This document shows, one piece after another, positions 1 through 9,359 of a DNA stretch of 64,000 nucleotides (the stretch's first letter is position 1; each line of letters begins with the position of its first letter). A model generated the notes under the pieces. The model did not search any database, had not been told where the DNA came from, and worked only from the letters and a program-made list of their open reading frames with translations. The translations under genes and the position numbers were made by a program. Source of the stretch: Acidimicrobiia bacterium. Lineage in GTDB: Bacteria > Actinomycetota > Acidimicrobiia > Spongiisociales > ZC4RG35. Location: positions 1,152,001 through 1,216,000 of the forward strand of contig CBDBCY010000004.1 of the NCBI GenBank assembly GCA_965203555.1. Direction: 5' to 3'.

Positions 1-21
1 ACCCGCCCCGGCCCAGGGGCA

Positions 22-1265
22 CCTATAAGTATGAGTGGATGAGGTTGTTGATGCCTTCCAGGGATCCGTTCGAACGGCGGGCGTGGTGCCAGTTGAGGAT
101 TTCTTTTGACCAGTTGAGGACGGTGGTGACGGTGTGGTAGTACTCGGGTATGTGTCCGGTTTCGTACAGGGTGACGAACCGTTCGAGGGCATCGAGCGCG
201 GTGGGGAGGTCTTTGGCCTCATAGAGGCCGTAGAGTTGTTGGAGAGCGCACCGAGGCGACCCGCAGACGCGGGTACGCCTCGAATAGGTGTCGGAGACGT
301 TTTTTCTCTTCGGGGGTGATATTGGCCTTTCTTTTGAGGAGCAGGTACCGGGCGCGGAACAGATCCGGATGCCAGGCGGGTTTGACGCCGGGCGACTGGC
401 GGCGTTGCAGATCCCGGCGTACCAGGGTCAGTCCTTCGGTGAACCAGCGGGCGGCGTGGAACCGGTCCAGGACATGACAGGCCGAAGGAAGGTAGCGGAC
501 GATGGCCGCCTGGTAGGAACGGGAACCGTCGGAGACCACGACCTGTACGTTCTGGCGCCAGCGGGGTCCCTGCTCGATGAAGAACCTGCTCAACGCCTGT
601 TTGGACCGCCCAGGGAACATGGACAGGATCTCGCCGGTGTCGCCGTTGACAACAACGGTTACATAGCGGTGGCGTTTTCGGATCGATGTTTCGTCGATCA
701 GCAGCACCCGGCACCTTTGGCGACGGCGCCGGGTTCGGATCAAATGGGACCAGTCGGTGACCAGACCCATGATCAGATGCCAACTGATCTGGTGGCGGCG
801 GGCCACTGCCCGGATGGGCATGGCCTGGGCGTCCTGGACCAGCCGGCGGGCCAGCCGGCGCGTTATACCACCCACAAACTGGGGATGGGTTTCCATGTGC
901 CGCCTCTCGCACCGGTCGCACACGTACCGTCGCTGCGTCCACAACAACACCGTCAAACGTCCGCTCACTTCCAGGTCGCGGATTCGCCGCTGGCGGCGGT
1001 CGTGCACCCGCCGGCACGACCGGCCACAATGCGGACACTCCGACAGCTTCTTCACCGAGACCACCTCCACCACCAGCTCCCCGACGGTGTCAACCACCAC
1101 CTTCGTCACCCGCACACCACGCAGGTGCAACCGGACCGGCATAACATCAGCATTCATTGAGGCCTCCTGGATAGGCGATTCGCTTACACCACCTATTCCA
1201 GCGAGGCCTCAACCCCTAACCAAGGACCCCCTCCCTAACCCTGCTCCCCACAAAAACGCGCAGCC
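22..1265 (-). mobile_element. ISL3-family insertion sequence, frameshifted and 3'-truncated
   Basis: ORF 219..1157 has the CPHC zinc finger, IDETS and VVSDGS...LDRFH motifs of ISL3 transposases. The C-terminal part (ILNWHHARRSNGSLEGINNLI) continues in another frame at ~25-250. A GG-starting terminus (GGCTGCGCGTTTTTGTGGGG on the minus strand) begins at 1265, and a hairpin lies at 1157-1211. Confidence 0.85.
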
Positions 1266-1628
1266 TCCTAAAGCGGCGGTCCGCGTGGGTGCTGGAGAAG
1301 GAAAAGGCCCTCCGAGACCAAATCGTCCAAATCTGTTCACTAATGGGGACTGAGTGGACCATCCGGGCGCAGACCAAGATTCGCCAGATGAAATAAGTGG
1401 ATCATTGGCCTGACCATTGTCACCACATTGGTAGCTGTGTCATCCCTCTGCGTCAATACTTCGGACCCCTTAGTGGATTTTGGGGATCGCCGGGGGGTTA
1501 GTCCAATCACCCTATTTCTGTCCAGTCCGAAACAGGGGGGATCTGAGGCCCAAACGACTCGAGAATCCTCATAACGCCTCAGACGGTAGACCCCACGATG
1601 CGCATTCGTGTTAGATTGGTTGGCTTGC

Positions 1629-2711
1629 TCAATCAGTGCTTCGACAATTCACTCTCTCGAGAAGGTGTAAAAATTCCTCGGAGTTGTCCTTGGTCGGTGG
1701 CTGGACGACATCTACTCTTTCGCGCCTTAACGTATGAATAGTCTTCTTCACATTACTGGGACATAGGTCGACAATTGTGACTTCAGGGTCTAGGGTCACT
1801 GCGTTTGAGATCAGCGCCATAATCGAAGTGTCTGTGGGTGGCATTGAATATCCAAAGATGACAATGTGGCTTGCTGTCGCCAGAGCGGAGTGAGCTCGGC
1901 GCCATATCGCCGATATTATCGCATTGCCGTAGAGAACAGACTTGTCAGCAAGAGGAGGGAGGATCACGGGCGAAAGCGTGTCCTTGAGTGCGGCCCACCC
2001 TTGACCGAGCCTCGGTACATCTTTCCCCCAATGGGGGACTAAGGCATCGAATTTCACTATCGACAACAGGTCCGAGCTGTCTAGACGACCGAACCAGGCT
2101 GTCGAACCATGGAGCTTATGAAGGGAAAACGACGACACTGGCCCATTACTCAAGTTGACTCCGGTCTGCGGTGGCGTTGGTGGGAGGGAACCCAATATGT
2201 CGTCTACCTCCGGGAAGGTACCCGGTCCTTTTCTGGGGATTACCTCTCTTGTGGCCGATTCGATCAGCGTGTCGTAGTTCAGCGTGATGACGTCATTCTT
2301 GTTACGATGCCAATGATTAATAAGCTTGTCTAACCACTCAGGCCGGCAGTCTCGGCTGGCTTGGAACTGTCGATCCATTATCTCTTCAGCAATCTGATCC
2401 GCAAGTTCAACGAAGAGAGAGCGGCGTTGCAGCTTCTGCGATTCCGACAAGAAGGGCTGATCAGCAGCAAGTGCAGTAAACCAGGTTTCGACATCGCCGA
2501 ACGGCACAAGGCCGTTGTCTATTGAGTCTGTTTCGTATCCGTCAAGCAGCGCGCTCAAGGGACTGCTATGTTGGAACCTCTTAGCGACCGCCATGCCAAG
2601 TTCTTTGATGAGCGGCATTTGGCGAGAGATCGCTCGCGAGAACCCTGCTCCGAGAAGGAAGACTGTTGGGGAACGTCTCCCTGTTGGAACCCTGGGATCC
2701 TTTGTTTCCAC
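1629..2711 (-). CDS. SIR2-like (SIR2_2) NAD-binding protein, putative defence NADase
   Basis: Motifs VFLLGAGFS, ITLNYDTLIE, LHKLHGS and IFGYSM are typical of SIR2_2 proteins. The ORF is open from 2795; GTG 2711 is a plausible start. GC content is lower than in the flanks. Confidence 0.8.
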   Translation of the reverse strand: METKDPRVPTGRRSPTVFLLGAGFSRAISRQMPLIKELGMAVAKRFQHSSPLSALLDGYETDSIDNGLVPFGDVETWFTALAADQPFLSESQKLQRRSLFVELADQIAEEIMDRQFQASRDCRPEWLDKLINHWHRNKNDVITLNYDTLIESATREVIPRKGPGTFPEVDDILGSLPPTPPQTGVNLSNGPVSSFSLHKLHGSTAWFGRLDSSDLLSIVKFDALVPHWGKDVPRLGQGWAALKDTLSPVILPPLADKSVLYGNAIISAIWRRAHSALATASHIVIFGYSMPPTDTSIMALISNAVTLDPEVTIVDLCPSNVKKTIHTLRRERVDVVQPPTKDNSEEFLHLLERVNCRSTD

Positions 2712-3210
2712 AGAACTACGGTACTCGTGACGGCTGGGGGGCGCTAAGTGCAGGCGCCCGGAGTTCATGGCTACGTTCGACAGGACAACGGGCACAAAAT
2801 GCTGCTCCTGGCGTCCCCGCGGGTTTGGGGTCTCTCGTCAAGGGTTCAGCTTCCCAAGCTAGGAATGTCGACACGTCCTGCTCCTAGCTCCGTTGTGGCC
2901 ATCTCAGGTAGAGTACAGTTCCGGTTCTTCGGTCGGTCAATGCCATCACCCACACCTGGTCTAGTCCTCGATAGTCAAGGTCCGCGAAGATGGAAGGGCT
3001 GCGGGTAGCCCAATGCCTGGAGCTGTTGTCCGGCGGGTGGACGAACCGCCAATAGGCGTCTGTGTCTCCCAAGACGAATCGCCAGCCACTTCTGGATGAC
3101 CGGCTAGCTGCCTTTTGTTGACATGACAAAGCCAGCGCTGCCTGACGACCAGGCTGGGAAATGGCTAGGCTGGGCTCCCGGGGATGTGAGAACGGAATCG
3201 GATCGACTAG

Positions 3211-6200
3211 GAGGCTGCTGATTTATTCGGGTGGGTGAGATGCTTGGTTTGGGGGGTGGGGTTGTGGGATAATTTTGGGGTATGTTGGGTGTTGAACGTT
3301 TTGATCGAGAGTTGTTGGACGCGATGGCGGTGTGCGGTGATCTGGTTCCGGAGGGGTCGGTTTACCGGTTTTTGGCCGAGCATCGAACTGGGGTGTTCCC
3401 GGATGGGTTGTTCAAGGATTTGTTCGGCCCTCGGGGCCGTCCCTCGGTTCCGGGGTCGGTGGTGGCGACGGTGATGGTGTTACAGGCTTTGGAGGGCCTG
3501 TCCGATCGGGAAGCGATCGGTCGGTTGCGGTGTGATATTCGTTGGAAAGCCGCAGCGGGATTGTCGCTGGTAGATGGGGGGTTTCATCCCACGGTGTTGA
3601 CGCTGTGGCGAGCAAGGCTGCGCAACAGCAAAAGACCGGAACGGATCTTCGACGCGGTGAGGAAAGTGGTCGACCAGACCGGGATATTGAGAGGTCGCAG
3701 CAAGCGGGTGTTGGACTCCACGATATTGGATGATGCGGTGGTCACCCAGGACACGGTGACGATGATCTGTGCCCAGATACGCAAGGTCCGCCGTCTGATA
3801 TCCCGAGCACGGCAGGTGAGGTTGTCCCGTGATTATGAACAGGCCGGTAAGCCGTCGTGTGATTGGTCGGATCCGCAGAGTCGTTCCAACCTGATCGACG
3901 GTCTGGTCAAGGACGGACAGGCGGTGCTGGACGCGGTCAAAGATGTTGATTTGGATGCTGGGCAGTCGGAGGCGGTGGGGTTGTTGGGGGTGGTGGTCGG
4001 CCAGGACGTGGAACCCGACCCCGACCGGGAGGGCAGATGGCGTATCGCCCGGCGGGTGGCTTCGGATCGGACGATCTCGGTGGTCGACCCGCAGGCTCGT
4101 CACGGACGCAAAACATCGTCGCAGCATCGCGACGGTTACAAGGCTCACATAGCGGCCGAACCGGAGACGGAGATCATCACCGTCGTTGAGGTCACCGCCG
4201 CCAACACCCCCGACGGGGAGACCGGCGCGAGAATGCTGCAAAAAGACGCAACGGCTGGTCAGGGCGATCCGGCTGGCACGGGCTTGTCAAATTCTCTGTG
4301 TGAGGGGGTGGGTTCATGGGTTTTAGTGGGTTAAGTTCATTCGGTTTGGGAAGTGGATTTCGAGTTGGTTGAGGGCTAGTTTCCAGCCGTGGGTTCCGGT
4401 GCCGAGGTTGCCTCCTCTCTTGTTGGCGATGTTCCGAGCTGCCAGGCGCAGCAGCTTCAAGGCGGATTGGTCGGTTGGGAAATGGCCCCTGGTTTTGGTG
4501 ACTTTCCGCAACTGGTAGTGAACGCTTTCCACCAGATTCGTGGTGTACACCACCCGGCGAAGCTCTGGCGGGAACCGCAGGAACGGGGTGAACTCTTCCC
4601 AGGCGCGTCGCCATATTCGTATCACTCCCGGGTACCGGTTTCCCCATTGGTCGTCGAGTTTGTCCAACGCCTGGGCGGCCGCTTCGGCGTTCACCGCGGT
4701 GTACACGGCCCGTAACCCTCTGACCACCATTTTGCGGTCTTTCCAGCTGCAAAGCCGCATAGAGGCCCGTATCAGGTGGATGACACAGGTCTGGACCAGC
4801 GCCTGAGGCCAGGTGGCCTCGATCGCGTCCGGGAGTCCTTTGAGACCGTCACAGCACACGATCAGCACGTCCTCGAGGCCTCGGTGGCGTATCTCGGTCA
4901 GCACTGACAGCCAGCATCTTGGCGCCTTCGCTGCCGTCGCCCAACCACACCCCCAGCACATGTTTACGTCCGTCGATATCGATGCCGACCACCACATACG
5001 CTGGGCGGTTGACAACAGTTCCGTCGGTACGGACCTTGATGACATGGCGTCCTGTGTACAGCAGGGGATAGCACCTATCGAGGGGCCGGTTCTGCCATTC
5101 GGTGAGCTCCTCGACTATCCCGTCGGTGACCTTGGACACCAACGCTGGCGACACGTCCACGCCGTACATGCGCTTCAACTCCGAGCGGATGTCACGGGTG
5201 GACAGACCCCGGGCGTACAACGCCACAATGTTGGCGTTGAAGCCCTCCAGGCGCCGGGCGCCCTTCGGAACGATCTTGGGTTCGAACGTGGCGTTGCGGT
5301 CACGGGGCACGTCCAGGTCCACCGCGCCGATCTCGGTAAGCACCTGTTTGGGAGTGGTCCCGTTCCGGCTGTTACCCGTCCCATGGCCGATCGGATCACC
5401 GTGCTCATAGCCCAAATGATCGGTCAACTCCTCAGAAAGAGCCCGTTCCAGCACCCGCTTAGTCAACTCGGCCAGCACACCATCGGGACCCAAAAGATCC
5501 ACACCACCCTCCACAGCATCAGCCACCACAGCCTCCACCAGCTCGTCGGACACCACACCAGCAGCCACACCAGCCGGCTCCGCCATCACATGATCAGTCA
5601 TACATCATCTCCTCTCAGGCCGGCGCTCACACCAGCCAAAGCAATCAGAGAACCCAACCTCACACAGACATTTATACAGGCTCGCTGGCATGGATGATCC
5701 GGCTGGTGTGGACGATCCGGCTGGGGTGGAGGTCATCGCTGATTCGGCGTACGGGTCGGGCGAGGTTCGCGCCAAGTTGGAAAAGGCCGGGTATACCACC
5801 ACTGTGAAACCGATACCTTTGCGTGGTAACTATCGGTTGGGCAGTGACCAGTTCACCCGGGACGATTTCGAGGTGGATCACGACCGAAAACAGATCACCT
5901 GCCCGGCCGGGGTGACGGTGAACATCAGCCCCAAAGGCTGGGCCCGGTTCGCAAAACACTGCACCGGTTGTGGTTTTCGGAGTCGTTGCACCACCAACCG
6001 ACGGGGTCGCCAGATGCGGATCCACCCCCATGACCGGTTACTGGTCCAAGCCCGCCGAAAATGGAAAGATCCCCCGACCAAACACCGGTACAACAAGTAC
6101 CGGTCGACGGTTGAGCGGTTGATCGCTCACTTGGTTGCCAACGGCCACCGCAAACTCCGCTACCGGGGCACCGCTCGAAACCGGCAACAACTACACACCC

Positions 6201-6424
6201 GCGTAGCGGCGATCAACCTGCGCAGGCTCATCAACCTCGGACTGCACCCCACCACCACCGGATGGGCCACCAACCCGATCTAACACCGGGGACCCCCAAC
6301 AGAGAACAAGCAAACACTGGAGCACACCGGCCACCACCCCCCGGAACCGGTGCGCCCACCGCGCCGCTTTCGAGATCAAGCCCAGTGACCCACCATCACC
6401 CCAACACCAATACTCAGCAGCCTC
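3211..6424 (+). mobile_element. IS1182/IS5-like element copy 1, interrupted by IS256
   Basis: Terminal IRs GAGGCTGCTGA (3211) and TCAGCAGCCTC (ends 6424), flanked by CTAG at 3207-3210 and 6425-6428. Transposase halves 3282..~4279 (GRPS, LSDRE, LDST, GYKAH) and ~5684..6283 (ADSAYG, RSTVER). Confidence 0.9.
4280..5683 (-). mobile_element. IS256-family element with frameshifted transposase (4323..5601)
   Basis: Motifs VPRDR, LYARGLSTRDI, DGLKG, QTCVIH and YTTNLVES. Imperfect IRs GGGCTTGTCAAATTCTCTGTGTGAGG / GAGCCTGTATAAATGTCTGTGTGAGG. Flanks GCTGGCAC / GCTGGCAT (7 of 8 match). Confidence 0.9.
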
Positions 6425-7460
6425 CTAGGAGGTCGGGTCGACGAGGCGTCCTATGAACAGCAGTGCGCTGGTTTCGGAATGGACGATGGCCCAGAGGAAG
6501 GGGCGGTCAGCGACTACCGTGAGGTCGGCTTGTGGAGTGCTGACTCATCGAAGGCCATGGCGGTGGCTGCGGCCGCTTCGGTGCCTTTCTCGTCGACGAT
6601 CACCTTGGCGCCGTGGAGGGCGGCGGTGATCATGATCTGAGGAGCGATGTTCTCAAAAGGCGCTCCTGTGCAGAACCCCAGGGGGCAGAGCCATGCGAAC
6701 AGGTCGGTGGGCGGCAGAGTCTGTTCCCATTTGGGAATGGTGAGATCGACATGACCCTCTTGAGCGGAGGCTCCCAGTCCTGCCAGGTCCTGCGGGTCGA
6801 GGAACTCCTCAACCGCGGCCAGTCCGTCGGGATCGTGGGGCACGATCAACCACATGGCCAACCGGCCACCCTCATAGGGAAGTTCAACCGCATCGGCGCC
6901 GTCGAGTTGGACGAAGCGCCGATGCACCGGTTCGCGATCGCGCATGAGCGGCACCGTCACCACCTCGCGGTCGCCGGTTGTGAACCGGCCATCGGTGGTC
7001 AACTCAGGGAGGAACGGCTCGATCCAGTCGGCCTTCAGGTACACCGTGTTCACCAGGACCAGTTCCTGGCGTACCACCACCAGCTCGGTGACGATGGTGG
7101 GAATGAGTTCCCGGGTGGCGTCCGACATCCATTCGTTGATGGCCTCGGCCGCGGGGGAGCCTTCGTCGAGGTCGATCGGGTGACCGCCGCTCCGTAGTGG
7201 GAAGCGGCAGTTTCCAAGAACGCGGGCAGTGGAGAAAACTCGTCGTCGGGAAAGAGACGGTTGGCCACCTCCAAGGTGGTCGGTTCCACCGATGCCGACG
7301 CCAGCATCAGATCGACCGCGTTGGCCGCAGGATGAGGACCAGCCTCGGGGAATCCCAAGATCTCATCGAGCACCGCCCCGGTGTCTCCGGATGCGCCGGC
7401 ACGGCTGAGACTGAAGGCCAGACCGAGGCTCACCGGGCTAGAGACCGCGTTGCCCAACCA
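6425..7460 (-). pseudogene. Serpin (serine protease inhibitor), two frameshifts, N-terminus truncated by IS1634 remnant
   Basis: SPVSLGLAF (helix B region), LVNTVYLKADW, hinge DEKGTEAAAATA, and C-terminal ADRPFLWAIVHSETSALLFIGRLVDP in a third frame ending at TAG 6427-6425. Confidence 0.85.
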
Positions 7461-8885
7461 GGCCGACTGGTCCGCGCCGTCGCTTGACCAGTACTACCGG
7501 GCCCTCAACGCCGTAGCCGATGTCAAACCGGAGACCGAGGAGCATCTGTATCAACGGCTGTGCGATTTGACGAACCTCGGGCTGCGGCTGGTGTGCTATG
7601 ACCTGACATCCCACCCTGTTTCGAAGGTTCCGCCCGACCCTCCGACGCGTTTTCGTCGCGAGTGTTCGGGTACTCCCGGGACTATCGCCCGGACCGGCCC
7701 CGGATAGTGATCGGTCTGTTGTGCACGACCGACGGGATCCCTATAGCCCATCACGTGTTTGCAGGGAACACCAACGACGCGTCCACCCTATCGGAGGTGT
7801 TGAACGGTCTGGCCAAACGGTTCGCGGTGGGCAGGATCTGTGTGGTAGCGGACCGGGGTCTCATATCGGGCGCCAACCCGGAAACGGTCTCCCGGGCCGG
7901 GTACGATCATCTGTTGGCCACCAAGCTACGCCGCGACCGGATCACCGCCGGGGCCCTTTCGGCTATCGGCCAAGACACGGTATGGGTCGATCTGTCCCAA
8001 CTCGGCAGCAGAGCCACAAATATCACCCTTTGGGACGGGACCCGTACCGTGGTGGTCGAGTCCGACCCCGCGCTCGGCGGGACACACAACGCACTGCCCA
8101 GATCATCCAAGCAGCCGAAACCCGGCTGTTGGCGCTGGATCACCGCGTCCGCTCGGGTGGGGTCAAAGACCCCGCCAAGATCGGCAGAGCCGCCCAACGA
8201 ATCCTCGGCACCGGGCGTGTCGGGCGACTGTTCGATTTGGAGATCGGCCCGGGGTGTTTTCTCTACCACTACAACGAAGACAACCATGCCTATGAGAAGC
8301 TGTTGGCCGGTCGTTACGTGCTGACCACCAGTCTCACACCCGCCCAGGCCGACACCACCCAAGTCGTGGCCGCTTACCGGCAGTTGCAAACAGTCGAGAC
8401 CAGGTTCCGGGTCCTCAATGACTTCCTACGACTGCGACCGGTAAGACACTGGACCGAACAACGAGTCCGCGGGCACGAAGGCAGTCGTGTTTACGCCGCT
8501 CTCATGCAAAACGCTCATCACCCGCGCTCTCACCACAGGCGATGTCCGAGATCCCGACCTCGACTACCAACACCTCACCGCCGCACGGGCCCTCCAACAA
8601 CTCAACCGCATCCGCCGGATCGATCTGACCGCCAACAAGCACCGGATCACGCTCACCACCCGACGAACCTCCCTCCAAGCCCGGACCCTCACCGCCGTCG
8701 GAGTCGACACCCGCACCTGGGACAAAGCCACCATAACGAACACACCCCACAAAAACCCGCACCCCATCCCACCAACACAATGTCGCCACTACAACACCCT
8801 ACAGAACCAGCCCCCCACAACACAAAACCCCAGGTCAACACACCAATGACCATCCCGCCAAACCCCCCGACCCGCCAAATTCCGG
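7461..8885 (+). mobile_element. IS1634-family remnant (5'-truncated, frameshifted transposase)
   Basis: Motifs YDLTS, GYSRD.RPD, VADRG and VE.RFR..RP.RHW. Homologous to the copy at 13050..14993. Ends in the IR CCCGCCAAATTCCGG at 8885. Confidence 0.85.
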
Positions 8886-9359
8886 TATTACCGGTTGGGT
8901 GAGCGGGCGGCGGCGGCCGATTGGCCTAGTCGGATGGCGGTCGCGTCGGTGATCGTCGAGCAGCTCGGCGGCGGGGGGCGGGTGCGGGCTACTCCCTGGT
9001 TCCGGCGGGTGATCGCCGGGGGTAACGGGCGGTTGCGCGCCGGTGGCAACCTGGTCGTGAAGGCGGTGGCATGATGTGGTCGTTGTGTCTGGAGTGCATG
9101 TCGTGGTGTCGGGATGGGTGGACCTGCCGGTGCGGGATGCTGGGGGCTGCTCATATGGGCGCGAACTTCGCGGCGGAAATCGTGGGGAACGACTGGGCCG
9201 ATTTCACGCGGTTCGGTTGCAAGCCGGTATCGCCGGGGTGGGCGTATCTGGCCGGTCTGAACCTTCCGCCTAGCTGGCGCTAAAGGGAAGGGAGGGGAAC
9301 CCCAGGGTTCCGGGCTTGGGGGATGCCGGTTCCCTGGGGTTTGAAGGGTGGGTTAGTGG

